Shown: positions 1-10,902, numbered from the stretch's first letter. The stretch is DNA of 64,000 nt from an uncultured Dictyoglomota bacterium (GCA_964654465.1 CAZZIO010000018.1:8348-72347); one strand, 5' to 3'. The notes: a model not told the origin generated them from the letters alone. Program-made: numbers and translations.

Positions 1-97
1 TTTGCCCCACTCTTTGGAACACCTTATAAATTTCTCTTACCTTTTCTTTATCTTCCTCTCTCTTTAAATCTTGAATAATATCTTCTAAATTTCTCAT
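1..97 (-). CDS. 5' end of an unidentified CDS running off the left edge (MRNLEDIIQDLKREEDKEKVREIYKVFQRVGQ...)
   Basis: ATG at 95-97 (complement) opens a frame that stays open to position 1. It is absent from the ORF track because there is no stop in the window. Only 32 codons are visible, so no family call is made. Confidence 0.35.
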   Translation of the reverse strand, partial: MRNLEDIIQDLKREEDKEKVREIYKVFQRVGQ

Positions 98-187
98 AAT
101 AATTAATAATATCACGAGAATCTCTTTTAAAAAAAGCTTCTTAAGGGTAAAATCTATAAATATATAATACTTTTAAGAGGTGGAAAA

Positions 188-1123
188 ATGAAGATAGGAG
201 TTTTAATAGGTGTTAAATCTACAGAAAAAGAAATTGCCATGAAAACTGCCCAAAATATTATTTCTGCCTTGAAGATTAAGGGTTATGAATATTGTGAAAT
301 ACCTATTGATGAAAATATTGTTGAAAATATAAAAAGGGAAAAAATTGATGTGGCTATAATTTCTGCTCATGGTTTATATGGTGAAGACGGAACTATTCAG
401 GGACTCTTAGAGCTTCTTGGTATACCTTATGTAGGCTCTGGTGTCCTTGCCAGTGCATTAGCTTTAAATAAAGTTATGGCTAAAAAAATATTTCTATATC
501 ATAAAATACCTACTCCTAAATGGATTGAAATTTCAAAAAAAGATATGGAAACAAAAGATTTAGAAAAAATTCTTGAAAACATAAAGAAACTAAAGAAACC
601 CTGGATAGTTAAGCCCTCAAACCAAGGTTCCACAATAGGATTATCTATAGCAAATGATAAAGATGAATTAATAAAAGCCCTTGAATATGCCTTTAGATTT
701 GATCAATATATTCTAATAGAAGAGTTTATAAGAGGAAAAGAAATAACAGCAAGTATTTATGACATAGATAATACAATTTGCCTTCCTTTAATAGAAATTA
801 TTCCCAAAACAGGTTTTTACGATTATCAAACTAAATATACCCCAGGATTAAGTGAACATATAATTCCCGCAAGACTTTCTGAAGAAACTTACAAAAAAGC
901 CCAAGAGCTTGGTGTTTTAGCTCACCAAGCTCTTGGTTGTAGACATCTTTCAAGAGTTGACATGATTGTAGAAGAAGATACACAAAATATATACGTTTTA
1001 GAAGTAAATACTATTCCAGGTATGACAGAAACAAGCTTATATCCCGAATCTGCCAAAGCTTTTGGAATAGAATTTCCAGACCTTATTGACAGCTTCATAA
1101 AATCTGCCTTAAGAAGTATTTAA
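188..1123 (+). CDS. ddl: D-alanine--D-alanine ligase
   Basis: 311-aa ATP-grasp ORF with Ddl-type segments (HGLYGEDGTIQGLLELLGIPYVGSGV, LEVNTIPGMTETS). RBS AGAGGTGG lies just upstream. Confidence 0.9.
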   Translation: MKIGVLIGVKSTEKEIAMKTAQNIISALKIKGYEYCEIPIDENIVENIKREKIDVAIISAHGLYGEDGTIQGLLELLGIPYVGSGVLASALALNKVMAKKIFLYHKIPTPKWIEISKKDMETKDLEKILENIKKLKKPWIVKPSNQGSTIGLSIANDKDELIKALEYAFRFDQYILIEEFIRGKEITASIYDIDNTICLPLIEIIPKTGFYDYQTKYTPGLSEHIIPARLSEETYKKAQELGVLAHQALGCRHLSRVDMIVEEDTQNIYVLEVNTIPGMTETSLYPESAKAFGIEFPDLIDSFIKSALRSI

Positions 1124-1957
1124 TTACCTCTTATTCTTTTTTACTTTGGGTTCAGCTGAAATTTTTCTATATAATGGGCAACTTTGAGGTAAAAGTGGTA
1201 ATCCTGCCTTTCTCCTACTATAAGCATAAATACCAAAAGCAATAAGCAATAAAGATACTGTCTGGGATCCTGTTAAGTATAAAAAGTTTCTTGGATTGTC
1301 TCTAAATATTTCTACAATGAAGAAAGCTAATGAATAATATACAAAGAAATTAGTAGCTACCTCCCCATCAAAAGTCTTTCTATTCTTAACTCTTAGTAAA
1401 TATACAAAAACAATTAGGAAAGCAATTGTATAATAAAGTTCGGTAGCATGTCTATATCCATATATATTTGGGAATTTTACTCCCCAAAGTAATGGGGTTT
1501 CATATCCATAACAACAACCATTTAAAAAACAGCCAATTCTTCCAATTGCACTACCTATAGCAATACTTGGAGTAATAACATCTAAAAACTTCCAATAAGA
1601 GATTTTGTGTCTCCAAAGATAAATCAATACCACAATTGTTGCTGCAAAAAATCCACCAAAGAATATTAATCCACCATCCCAAAGTTGCAATATTGAAATG
1701 AGATTACCTTTATATGCATTCCAATATTTTATTACATAAACAATTCTCGCTCCTAAGATTCCTGAAATAATACTCCATACTGATACATTCAATACATGGT
1801 CTGGATCAATATCCTCTCTTTTTGCCCATCTCATTGCTAATAGAATTCCTATAAGGAAGCCTAAAGCTACTAAAGTGCCCCATGAATAAATTACAATAGG
1901 TCCAATTTTATACTTAAAAAATTGGAATTGGGGGATTGTAAACAATTTAGGGTACAT
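1124..1957 (-). CDS. lgt: prolipoprotein diacylglyceryl transferase
   Basis: 277-aa polytopic membrane ORF with the Lgt signature GRIGCFLNGCCYG. It abuts the ddl stop with zero spacer. Confidence 0.9.
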   Translation of the reverse strand: MYPKLFTIPQFQFFKYKIGPIVIYSWGTLVALGFLIGILLAMRWAKREDIDPDHVLNVSVWSIISGILGARIVYVIKYWNAYKGNLISILQLWDGGLIFFGGFFAATIVVLIYLWRHKISYWKFLDVITPSIAIGSAIGRIGCFLNGCCYGYETPLLWGVKFPNIYGYRHATELYYTIAFLIVFVYLLRVKNRKTFDGEVATNFFVYYSLAFFIVEIFRDNPRNFLYLTGSQTVSLLLIAFGIYAYSRRKAGLPLLPQSCPLYRKISAEPKVKKNKR

Positions 1958-1979
1958 TTTATCTCTCTACCTCCTTCTT

Positions 1980-2372
1980 TTATTTTATTAGTTTTAGAAA
2001 TAGAAAAAATCCTCCCAAAGTAATAAAAACATCAGCCAAATTGAAAACAAAAAAATTTTTCATATGAATAAAGTCTATCACATAACCATAAAAAACTCTA
2101 TCATACAAATTTCCTAAAAGTCCTCCTAATATAAATGCTATACCCAAAAAACTAAATTTCTTATATAGTATCAAGAGCACTATAAGGGCTAAAAAACTAA
2201 AAAATATAAGAAAGAATCTCGGAATATATATTCCTAAAGCAGCACCATAATTATGCACAAGATTAAAGCTAATTACAAAATCCAATTTTACTCCATCAAA
2301 AAAATGCCTATTGGCCATTTCTTTAGTTATTCTATCTATTAAAAAAAGAATAAGTATAATCCAGTATTTCAT
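1980..2372 (-). CDS. lspA: lipoprotein signal peptidase (signal peptidase II)
   Basis: 130-aa four-TM protein with the motifs NYGAALG, DRVFYGYVIDFI and FNLAD. Confidence 0.85.
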   Translation of the reverse strand: MKYWIILILFLIDRITKEMANRHFFDGVKLDFVISFNLVHNYGAALGIYIPRFFLIFFSFLALIVLLILYKKFSFLGIAFILGGLLGNLYDRVFYGYVIDFIHMKNFFVFNLADVFITLGGFFLFLKLIK

Positions 2373-2818
2373 AAATAATATATTAAGGCAAATTCACCAC
2401 AGTCTGGAAATTTCGGACATCTAACACAATCACTCCAAACCTTAAAGGGTAATGTTCTTTTATCAACCTCTACAAAACCCAACTTTTTAAAATACTCTGG
2501 AATATATGTAAGGGCAAGTACTCTCTTTAAACCAAGAAATTTTGCTTCATTTAGACAAGTAAATACAAGTTTTCTTCCATAACCCCTTCCTTCGTATTCT
2601 TTTTTAACAATAACTGACCTCACTTCTCCAAGGTCTTCCCAAATAATATGTAAAGCACAAGTACCTATAATTTTTTTTTCTATCTCTAATATGTAAAAAT
2701 CCCTAATATTTTCATAAAGATCACTTAAAGATCTCGGAAGAAGAAGACCTTTTTCAGCATATTCATTAATTAGTTTATGAATTTCAGGTACGTCTTGTAT
2801 TTTTGCTTTTCTTATCAT
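2369..2818 (-). CDS. GNAT family N-acetyltransferase (short ArgA-like type)
   Basis: 149 aa. Acetyl-CoA motif EGRGYGRKL and a C-terminal Cys-containing tail (WSDCVRCPKFPDC). 4-nt overlaps on both sides. Confidence 0.8.
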   Translation of the reverse strand: MIRKAKIQDVPEIHKLINEYAEKGLLLPRSLSDLYENIRDFYILEIEKKIIGTCALHIIWEDLGEVRSVIVKKEYEGRGYGRKLVFTCLNEAKFLGLKRVLALTYIPEYFKKLGFVEVDKRTLPFKVWSDCVRCPKFPDCGEFALIYYL

Positions 2819-3708
2819 ACTTCTACCCTCGGTAAGAAAGATTCTACAAATTCTTTAGGATCAAAGGGTTCAAAATCATCTTTATCCTCACCTATACTTA
2901 CAAACTTTACAGGTATTCTAAAGGTCTTTACAATATTAAAAATTACACCTCCTTTTGCAGTACCATCTAATTTAGTTAATATTACTCCGGTAAGATCAAC
3001 AGCATTTCTAAAAGTCTCTACCTGTTTTATAACATTTTGACCTAAGGTAGCGTCTACTACAATAAGATTTTCAGAAGGTTTATATCCTAAAGTTTTTTCA
3101 ACAACTCTTTCGATCTTCTTCAACTCTTCTAAGAGATTACTCTTTGTGTGCATTCTTCCAGCAGTATCTACCAATAAAACATTTTTATTTCTTGCTTTAG
3201 CAGCTTCTATAGCATTATAAACAACCGATGCTGGGTCAGCTCCTTCTTTTTGAGCTATAACATCTACTCCTACCCTCTCTCCCCAAAGCTTAATTTGATC
3301 AATAGCTGCTGCCCTAAAAGTATCTCCTGCAGCTATTATTGGAGAATAGCCCATATTTTTTAGGTAATAGGCCATCTTACCAACTGCACTTGTTTTTCCT
3401 GTACCATTTACACCTAAATATATAAAAACATTTATCTTTTCTGGAATAATATTAAGCTGAGAATTTATCCCACTAAAAATACTCAAAAAGAAATTAAACA
3501 TAAATTCTATAAGTTCAGAAGTGGATGTGATTTTTTGCTTTTTAATTTCATTAATTAACTGATTTGTTAATTCTAAACCTAAATCACTTTGAATAAGTTC
3601 CATTTCCAATTCATCCAAAAGATCATCATCAATCTTAGAAAAGCTAAAAATGTTCTGTAATTTCTCTGCAAATTTTTGTAATTTAGGTAGCCTATTCCAA
3701 AAGCTCAA
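2815..3708 (-). CDS. ftsY: signal recognition particle receptor FtsY
   Basis: NG-domain GTPase motifs GVNGTGKTS, DTAGR and TKLDG. The track ORF extends to 3735, but a TTG at 3706-3708 preceded by GGAGG gives a typical MSFWNRL N-terminus and overlaps the smc stop (TTGA). Confidence 0.88.
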   Translation of the reverse strand: MSFWNRLPKLQKFAEKLQNIFSFSKIDDDLLDELEMELIQSDLGLELTNQLINEIKKQKITSTSELIEFMFNFFLSIFSGINSQLNIIPEKINVFIYLGVNGTGKTSAVGKMAYYLKNMGYSPIIAAGDTFRAAAIDQIKLWGERVGVDVIAQKEGADPASVVYNAIEAAKARNKNVLLVDTAGRMHTKSNLLEELKKIERVVEKTLGYKPSENLIVVDATLGQNVIKQVETFRNAVDLTGVILTKLDGTAKGGVIFNIVKTFRIPVKFVSIGEDKDDFEPFDPKEFVESFLPRVEV

Positions 3709-6700
3709 TTTGCAACCTCCTCTTCTAATTTCCAAAAAAATACTTGCGAAGAACCCTTATCATTTAAAGTCACACCATATATTATATCAGCATATTGCAT
3801 CAAAACAGGATTATGAGATATAAGAATAAATTGATTCTCTTTACTTAATTCCTTTATTTTCCTACCTAAAATCATGGCATTTTGATTATCCAGAGCAGAA
3901 TCAATTTCATCCCAAAAGCAAAAATTAATATGAGCAAGTTCTACCGCAGAAAGCAAAATAGATATACCCACCAAACTTTTTTCTCCTCCAGAAAGCATAA
4001 TAATATTTCTCCAACTTTTCTTCTGAGATGAAATTCTAAGTTTTATATCAGAGGTCAATGGATCACTTTCATTATCTAAGAAAATTTCAAGATTTGAATT
4101 AGGAAAAAAAAGTTGCCAATTTTTATTTACTAAATCCTTAAATTGTAAGAAACAACCCACAAATCTTTTTTCGGCCTCTTCCCTCGTTTCCCTAATTATC
4201 TTTCTCAAAGAATTAATAGATCCATACACATCATCTATCTGTATAATAAGTTCTTTATATTTTTTCTCTCCTTCCTCCAATTTTGTTTTTGCCAAAAAGT
4301 TTACAGGGCCTAACTTTTCCAACTCTTTAACAAGATCTTTCTCCAAAATCCTTAGTTTTTCCTCGGGAAGATCTATTTTTAATTCCCAATCCTCCTGGTA
4401 ATTATTCTCTATGTCTACTTCTAACTCTCTTATACGATTTAATAAATCTTTCTTTTTTTCCAAAAGAACAATCTCTTCTTCTCTGTTTTCTTGCCATTTC
4501 TTCTCTAATTCTTTAATACGAGTCGTAAGAAGACTCTGTTTTTCAAAAAACTCATTATTTTCTTCAAGTAATCTTCTCTTTTCTTCTAATAGCTCCTTTA
4601 TTCTATTTTCTAAATATTTAATGTTTTTACTTAAATTGGATAAATCATCGTCAATTTTCATTATTTCTTGGTCTATGTTTTTCATCCTTTTTTCAAGATA
4701 ACTATATCTTTCCTGTAAAAGATTAAGCTCTTTTTCTAAAGCTATTTTTTGGATCTTACAATTTTCATACTTATCTCTCCATATTTTTATATCCCTTTGT
4801 AAACTATTGATTTCATCTATGATAGCTTTTAATCTATCCTCTAAAAAAAGTCCTTCTCTTTCGTATATTTCTAACTTTCTTCTTCTTTCCAATAGATTTT
4901 GTTTTTCTTCTCTTTTCTTCTTAATTAGATTTTCAAGTTTAATAATTATTGGCTCTAATTTTACTCTTATATCTTTCATTTTATCAATTTCATTTCTCAA
5001 TATCTCTAAATCCCTTTTTAAAAATTGGTTGCTTTCAATAAGATCTCTTATCTTTTCCTCATTTTCTACAATAGACTTTTCTGATAAAAGTGTAGCCTCA
5101 ATATTGAATCTTATTCCACCACTTATGGTTCCTGATGGTAAGAATACTTCCCCTTGAAGGGTAACAATTCTCCATCCATCATTAAGAATGTCTTTATTCT
5201 CAACAGCAGAATCAAAATTATTAAAAATAATAACATTACCTAAAATATTTTTAACTAAATTATCATATTGACAATCATATTTCACAATATCAATTGCTCT
5301 AACCGCCACATTTTTCAGCTTTTCAGGAAGATCTTTAATTTTTTCATATCTATTTAAGGTTAATGGTCTAAAAGTAGCCCATCCAACTCTTTTTTCTTTT
5401 AAAAAGTTAATTAATTCTTTTGCTGTTTTTTCATCATTCACAATTATGTCATATATAGTATTTCCTAAAAGATTATATAAAGCCTCTAAATACTCAAAGG
5501 GTATCTCTATAATGTTCTTAAAAATGTCATGTATTTTCTCTCTTTTGTAATGGATAATTTCTCTTACACCACGGGGATAATTTTCTACTAAACTTTCCTT
5601 TAATTCACCTATAAGATTTTTTAATTTGTTTATCTCCACAATATTTTTCTCAAAAGTTTCTTCTTTTTTTCTAAATATCTTATTTTTTTCAATATAATCT
5701 TTTTCCAAGCTCTCTCTATAATTTTTAAGATTAAATAATCTTTTTTCCCAATTTCTAATAACTATATCAATTTTCTCAATTTTATTATCTATAATCTCTA
5801 CATCTTCATGGGAAAAAGAAAATTCAGAAAATTCCTTAATTTTTTGTTCCAACCTACTTTTTTCTATAATTTTCTCTTGTAAAGCAATTTCTCTATCTTT
5901 CAAAATATCAAAAATTTCATCATAATTTTCACTATTAATACTTTCTAATTTTTTCTCAATATCATTCCTTTGTGTTCCTACAAGATAAAGCTCTTTTTCT
6001 AAATCAGTCCTTTCTTCCCTTATACTTTTCAACCTTTCAGTTAGAAGATTTCTCTTTTCTTCATTTCTACTTTTTTCGATACTCAATTTTTGAAGTTCAT
6101 TATCTAAACTCTCCAAATATGCTTTTTTATCTTTCAAAATCTTATCTATATTTTCTTTTTCTCTTTGAAGCTCTTCCTTATTCAATATGATAGAATCTAT
6201 AACATTCTCAAGCTCTTTTAACCTTAAATCTATATTCTCAAATTCCTTCTTATATTTTTCAAGATTTTTTAAGGCTTTTTGCCGTAAACAATATTTAAGA
6301 GACTCCCGAACGTCAGCAATTTTTTTATTTATCTCTTCATATTTTTGGGCCACCCTAGCTTCTTCTTTTAAAATATCTAAATTGGCTTCCATCTCTTTTC
6401 TTTTCTCTTCAAGTTTATTCCATTCATTTTCAACTACTTCCAACTTTAACAAAATATCCTTTACCTTCTCATGATAACCGGATATTCCAGCTATACTTTC
6501 AATGATTTCTCTTAACCTTTCATTTTCTTTTACTACTAAATTATCTATCTCCCCCTGATTCAAAAAAGCAAAGCTATATCTACCAAGACCAAGATTTAAA
6601 AAAAACATCTGAATATCTTTTAGTCTGACCAGTTTATTATTAATATAGTAATTGCTTTCTTCCTCCCTATATATTTTTCTTGAAATTTCTATTTCCTCAT

Positions 6701-6965
6701 CATCTAACTGCAAACACAAATCAACCTCTGCAAAATTTGAGGGAGGATGAAATTTATTTCCCCCAAAAATTACCTCGTCTACTTTTTCTGCCCTCAAGGT
6801 TTTAACTCTCTGCTCTCCTAAGACCCACCTTATAGCATCTAAAATATTACTCTTACCACTACCATTAGGGCCAGTAATAACAGTAAAATTTTGAGAAAAT
6901 GGTATTTTGGTTGATCCTATAAAAGATTTAAAATTGTGAAGTTCTAATCTTTTAAGATATATCAT
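3705..6965 (-). CDS. smc: chromosome segregation ATPase SMC
   Basis: 1086 aa. N-terminal Walker A GPNGSGKSN, long K/E-rich coiled coils with a central hinge, C-terminal LSGGEKSL signature and Walker B WDEIDSALD. Confidence 0.92.
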   Translation of the reverse strand: MIYLKRLELHNFKSFIGSTKIPFSQNFTVITGPNGSGKSNILDAIRWVLGEQRVKTLRAEKVDEVIFGGNKFHPPSNFAEVDLCLQLDDEEIEISRKIYREEESNYYINNKLVRLKDIQMFFLNLGLGRYSFAFLNQGEIDNLVVKENERLREIIESIAGISGYHEKVKDILLKLEVVENEWNKLEEKRKEMEANLDILKEEARVAQKYEEINKKIADVRESLKYCLRQKALKNLEKYKKEFENIDLRLKELENVIDSIILNKEELQREKENIDKILKDKKAYLESLDNELQKLSIEKSRNEEKRNLLTERLKSIREERTDLEKELYLVGTQRNDIEKKLESINSENYDEIFDILKDREIALQEKIIEKSRLEQKIKEFSEFSFSHEDVEIIDNKIEKIDIVIRNWEKRLFNLKNYRESLEKDYIEKNKIFRKKEETFEKNIVEINKLKNLIGELKESLVENYPRGVREIIHYKREKIHDIFKNIIEIPFEYLEALYNLLGNTIYDIIVNDEKTAKELINFLKEKRVGWATFRPLTLNRYEKIKDLPEKLKNVAVRAIDIVKYDCQYDNLVKNILGNVIIFNNFDSAVENKDILNDGWRIVTLQGEVFLPSGTISGGIRFNIEATLLSEKSIVENEEKIRDLIESNQFLKRDLEILRNEIDKMKDIRVKLEPIIIKLENLIKKKREEKQNLLERRRKLEIYEREGLFLEDRLKAIIDEINSLQRDIKIWRDKYENCKIQKIALEKELNLLQERYSYLEKRMKNIDQEIMKIDDDLSNLSKNIKYLENRIKELLEEKRRLLEENNEFFEKQSLLTTRIKELEKKWQENREEEIVLLEKKKDLLNRIRELEVDIENNYQEDWELKIDLPEEKLRILEKDLVKELEKLGPVNFLAKTKLEEGEKKYKELIIQIDDVYGSINSLRKIIRETREEAEKRFVGCFLQFKDLVNKNWQLFFPNSNLEIFLDNESDPLTSDIKLRISSQKKSWRNIIMLSGGEKSLVGISILLSAVELAHINFCFWDEIDSALDNQNAMILGRKIKELSKENQFILISHNPVLMQYADIIYGVTLNDKGSSQVFFWKLEEEVAN

Positions 6966-7659
6966 TTCTAATTTTCTTCAACCCCTCTTTTGCAGCCATA
7001 ATTTCTGCTTCCCTTTTACTCTTACCTATACCTTCAGACCACTTTTCTCTATCTACCCAAAGTTCTACATAAAAAGTTTTATTATGTTCTGGACCTTCCT
7101 CTTTTACTACTCTATATTGAGGCTCTTTTCCTTCTTTAAGAAGTATTGATCTTAATAGGTTTTTCCAATCTACTTCTAAATTTATATTTTTTATATCTTC
7201 CTCAAAAATTCTCCAAATAAAATCTTTTACAAAATCATATCCTTTATCCAAATATATTGCTCCAATGAAGGCCTCAAAAAGATCACACAATACTGATGGC
7301 TTATTTCTTCCTCCCTGTTTTTCTTCTCCTGTACCTAAAAATATTAATCTATCTAATTCTAAAGCTTTTGCTTTTTTATATAACATCTCTTCTTTTACAA
7401 GAAAGATTCTCATCTGAGTTAATACACCCTCTGTTGCATGCTTATAATAATCAAAAAGAAGATCAGTGATAACCATATTTAATACTGCATCACCCAAAAA
7501 TTCTAATCTTTGATTATCTATTTTAAATTCGGGATTTTCATGCTTAAAAGATGGATGAATAAGAGCTTCTATAAGTAGCTTTTTATTATCGAATGAAACT
7601 CCAATATTTTTACCTATCTCTTGACTGATTTTATCTATATCTATTTTAACTTTTTTCAT
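6952..7659 (-). CDS. rnc: ribonuclease III
   Basis: RNase III signature ERLEFLGDAVL plus a C-terminal dsRNA-binding domain. Confidence 0.92.
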   Translation of the reverse strand: MKKVKIDIDKISQEIGKNIGVSFDNKKLLIEALIHPSFKHENPEFKIDNQRLEFLGDAVLNMVITDLLFDYYKHATEGVLTQMRIFLVKEEMLYKKAKALELDRLIFLGTGEEKQGGRNKPSVLCDLFEAFIGAIYLDKGYDFVKDFIWRIFEEDIKNINLEVDWKNLLRSILLKEGKEPQYRVVKEEGPEHNKTFYVELWVDREKWSEGIGKSKREAEIMAAKEGLKKIRNDIS

Positions 7660-8897
7660 TCTTCAAATTTTTTAAAAATTAATGATGCATTTTGTCCGCC
7701 AAAACCGAAAGAATTCTTTAAGGCATATTTTACTTTCCATTTTCTACTTATGTTAGGTACATAATCCAAATCACATTCTGGATCTTTTTCCTCATAATTT
7801 ATAGTGGGATGTAATATACCGTTGTATATAGACAACACTGTAGCCACAGATTCTACAGCACCAGCAGCACCAAGTAAATGTCCAATCATAGATTTTGTAG
7901 AACTTACTGGAATATTGTAAGCATAATCCCCAAAGACTTTTTTAATCGCTAATGTTTCTATTTTATCATTCAATTTAGTTGAAGTACCATGAGCATTTAT
8001 ATAATTTATTTCCCTTGGATCTATTTGAGCATCTTTTATTGCACGTTTCATAGAAAGAACAGCCCCATATCCTTCTGGATCTGGTGCTGTTATATGATAC
8101 GCGTCATCGGATGCCCCAAAACCCACTATTTCTGCATAAATTCTTGCTCCTCTTTTTAAAGCATGCTCCATTTCTTCAAGTATTAATATTCCTGCACCTT
8201 CTCCCATCACAAAACCATCCCTTTTAGCGTCAAAAGGTCTACTTGCTTTCTCAGGAGGATCATTCTGAGTAGAAAGAGCTTGTAAAGCACAAAAACCAGC
8301 TATTCCCATAGGAGTTATCGAGGCTTCTGATCCCCCAACAATAGCAAAATCTGCCTCACCAAAGGATACTAAGCGGTATCCTATACCAATTGCATGGGCT
8401 GAAGATGCACAAGCTGAAACAGGAGAATAATTAGGACCTCTGAAACCAAAAAAAATAGAAACGTTACCTGAAGCTATATTTATAATTACCATAGGTATTA
8501 AAAAAGGACTTACCCTATTTACACCCTTTTCAAATAAAACTCTAAATTGATTTTCTAAAGTTTCAAAACCACCTATTCCAGATGTAACAATCACAGCAGT
8601 ATTTTCTTTTTCTTCTTCTGTAGGATTCCAATTAGCATCCTCTATAGCAAGTTTTGTAGCAGCAACAGCAAATTGAGAAAATCTATCTAATCTTCTAGCT
8701 TCCTTTCTATCTATAAAATCTTCTGGGTTAAAATCTTTAACTTCTCCTGCAATTTTTGTTGGAAAATCATCTACAGGAAATTTAGTTATGTAGGATATTC
8801 CAGATTTCCCATTTATAATTCCTTCCCAAAACTTATCTTTACCAACCCCAAGAGGTGAGATTACACCTATTCCAGTTACTACAACCCTTCGTCTCAT
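7656..8897 (-). CDS. fabF: 3-oxoacyl-ACP synthase II
   Basis: Active-site motifs SACASS, HGTST and GHLLGAAG. The start is moved to the ATG at 8897 (MRRRVVVTG), which has a GGGGG RBS. The track ORF adds 20 unlikely codons. Confidence 0.92.
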   Translation of the reverse strand: MRRRVVVTGIGVISPLGVGKDKFWEGIINGKSGISYITKFPVDDFPTKIAGEVKDFNPEDFIDRKEARRLDRFSQFAVAATKLAIEDANWNPTEEEKENTAVIVTSGIGGFETLENQFRVLFEKGVNRVSPFLIPMVIINIASGNVSIFFGFRGPNYSPVSACASSAHAIGIGYRLVSFGEADFAIVGGSEASITPMGIAGFCALQALSTQNDPPEKASRPFDAKRDGFVMGEGAGILILEEMEHALKRGARIYAEIVGFGASDDAYHITAPDPEGYGAVLSMKRAIKDAQIDPREINYINAHGTSTKLNDKIETLAIKKVFGDYAYNIPVSSTKSMIGHLLGAAGAVESVATVLSIYNGILHPTINYEEKDPECDLDYVPNISRKWKVKYALKNSFGFGGQNASLIFKKFEE

Positions 8898-8959
8898 CCA
8901 CAAAACCCCCTTAATAAAAATGAGGGTACTGGATTTTTCCAGTACCCTTTCTACCATAC

Positions 8960-9199
8960 TTATAATCTTTTCTCAATATACCTTACCACATCTCCTACAG
9001 TTTTAAATTTTTCTGCCTCCTCATCTTGAACATCAATACCAAACTCTTCTTCTAATGCCATGATTAGTTCTACAGCATCCAAAGAATCCGCACCTAAGTC
9101 CTCTTGAATATTTGAATCCATAGTAACAAGATTCTCATCTACTCTAAGTTGATCTACAATTATTTTTTTGACTTTTTCAAAGATGGTAGCCTCATCCAT
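8960..9199 (-). CDS. acpP: acyl carrier protein
   Basis: [11 protein letters not shown] phosphopantetheine attachment motif. The ATG at 9199 is preferred over the GTG at 9211, which abuts the RBS. Confidence 0.92.
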   Translation of the reverse strand: MDEATIFEKVKKIIVDQLRVDENLVTMDSNIQEDLGADSLDAVELIMALEEEFGIDVQDEEAEKFKTVGDVVRYIEKRL

Positions 9200-9244
9200 T
9201 TTACAGTTCACCTCCTTCCTCTTGAGAAATTATATATCATCTTT

Positions 9245-9985
9245 TTAGATTGCTAATCCTCCGTCTACATTAAGAACTATTCCTGTAATATAGGAAGCCT
9301 CGTCTGAAACCAAAAATTTTACAGCATTTGCCACATCTTCAGGATCTCCAAATCTGCCTAAGGGAATTTCATCTAAAACTTTCTTTTTCATTTCTTCAGA
9401 AAGAACATCTGTCATTTCAGTTTTTATAAAGCCAGGAGCAATTGCATTTACTGTAATACCCCTTGATGCTACCTCTCTTGCTACAGCCTTTGTAAAGCCT
9501 ATAATACCAGCCTTAGCTGAGGCATAATTAGCTTGTCCAATATTACCCTTCAGTCCTACCACTGATGAAATATTAATAATTCTACCACTTCTTTGTTTCA
9601 ACATAATCTTTAATGCAGATTTTGTACAAAGAAATACACCTCTTAAATTCGTATTTATTACTTGATCCCATTCTTCACTTTTCATTCTTATTAGAAGATT
9701 ATCTTTAGTAATTCCTGCATTATTGACTAATATATCCAATTTTCCCCATTTTTCAATAACAAAATTGAACATCTTTTCAACTTCTTCCTCTACACTTACG
9801 TCAGCCTGATAAATTTCTCCCTCCCCACCTAACTTTTTCAATTCCTCTAAGGTTTCCAATGCTGATTCTTTTTTACCTCTATAATTGATGAGGACTTTAA
9901 TTCCCTCTCTTCCAAGAGCAAGAACTATAGCTCTACCAATCCCTCTACCCCCACCAGTTACAACTGCAACTTTATCCTTTAACAT
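9245..9985 (-). CDS. fabG: 3-oxoacyl-ACP reductase
   Basis: SDR motifs TGGGRGIGRA, NNAG and YASAKAG. The start is set at the ATG at 9985 (MLKDKVAVVTGG) with a GGGGGG RBS. The track's 41-codon extension runs into fabD. Confidence 0.92.
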   Translation of the reverse strand: MLKDKVAVVTGGGRGIGRAIVLALGREGIKVLINYRGKKESALETLEELKKLGGEGEIYQADVSVEEEVEKMFNFVIEKWGKLDILVNNAGITKDNLLIRMKSEEWDQVINTNLRGVFLCTKSALKIMLKQRSGRIINISSVVGLKGNIGQANYASAKAGIIGFTKAVAREVASRGITVNAIAPGFIKTEMTDVLSEEMKKKVLDEIPLGRFGDPEDVANAVKFLVSDEASYITGIVLNVDGGLAI

Positions 9986-10902
9986 CCCAGTTCCCCCCTT
10001 AAAGTTTCTAAATCTTCTGATTTTTCTATTCCTATAACTTTGACCTCTGGAATTATTTTTTTTATCAATCCTTGAAGCACCTTTCCCGGACCAACCTCTA
10101 CAAAACAATCTATTCCTAAGTTATATATATTATTTATTGCTTCAACCCATCTTACTGACCCTGTAAATTGTTTTATAAGTATATCCTTAACATTATTTTC
10201 TACAAAATCACATGTAGTACTACTAAGCACATTATATTTGGGTTTTTTAAAATTAAAATTACTTAAATAATCCTTAAAAATCTCTTCAGCTTCTTTCATT
10301 AAAGGAGAATGAAAAGGACCACTAACAGATAAAGGTACGACCCTTTTTATCTTATCTTTCATCTTTTGATACCATAAATCAAAAGCTTCTTTTTCTCCAG
10401 AAAGAACAATTTGTCCAGGAGAATTATAGTTAGCAATAAAGATATTCAAACCCTCTTTTTGAGATTCTTTTACGCTATTTTCTATCTCCTCCAAATCTCC
10501 ACCAAGAATAGCCCACATTCCACCTTTAACCTTTTCTGCCACTTCACTCATTACTTCAGATCTCTTTTTAATTAGATTCAGACCATCCTCAAAATTATAA
10601 ACCTCTGCATAATAAAAAGCAGAATATTCTCCCAAGCTATGCCCTATTCCATATTCTGCCCAAAAACCTTCTTTTTTCAAAAAATCTGATAACATAGCAC
10701 TTACAGAAAAAATAGCTGGTTGAGATATTCTCGTATCCTTTAAAACCTCTTCTGGACCATTTTGAACCTTATCAATAAAATCCTTACCTAAAATCTCTTC
10801 CATAACTTGAAAGTAATACTCATATTCAGACTTCTCTAAAAATGGGCTAAACATACCCACATACTGAGATCCCTGTCCTGGAAAGACAAAACATATCTTC
10901 AT
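9979..10902 (-). CDS. fabD: malonyl-CoA:ACP transacylase
   Basis: Motifs GQGSQYVGM and GHSLGEYSA. Confidence 0.92.
   Translation of the reverse strand: MKICFVFPGQGSQYVGMFSPFLEKSEYEYYFQVMEEILGKDFIDKVQNGPEEVLKDTRISQPAIFSVSAMLSDFLKKEGFWAEYGIGHSLGEYSAFYYAEVYNFEDGLNLIKKRSEVMSEVAEKVKGGMWAILGGDLEEIENSVKESQKEGLNIFIANYNSPGQIVLSGEKEAFDLWYQKMKDKIKRVVPLSVSGPFHSPLMKEAEEIFKDYLSNFNFKKPKYNVLSSTTCDFVENNVKDILIKQFTGSVRWVEAINNIYNLGIDCFVEVGPGKVLQGLIKKIIPEVKVIGIEKSEDLETLRGELGC

Noticed and set aside
4411-6474. Four plus-strand ORFs (4411-4701, 4807-5157, 5972-6190, 6187-6474) antisense to smc.
   Set aside because: Their F/S/L-rich low-complexity translations are what the reverse complement of a K/E-rich coiled-coil gene produces. 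They have no RBS and lie fully inside a confidently called gene.
8898-10108. N-terminal extensions of the track ORFs for fabF (20 aa), acpP (4 aa) and fabG (41 aa, overlapping fabD).
   Set aside because: Internal ATG codons with good GGAGG/GGGGG RBS spacing give canonical N-termini ([30 protein letters not shown]). The extensions are basic or odd in sequence and overlap upstream genes.
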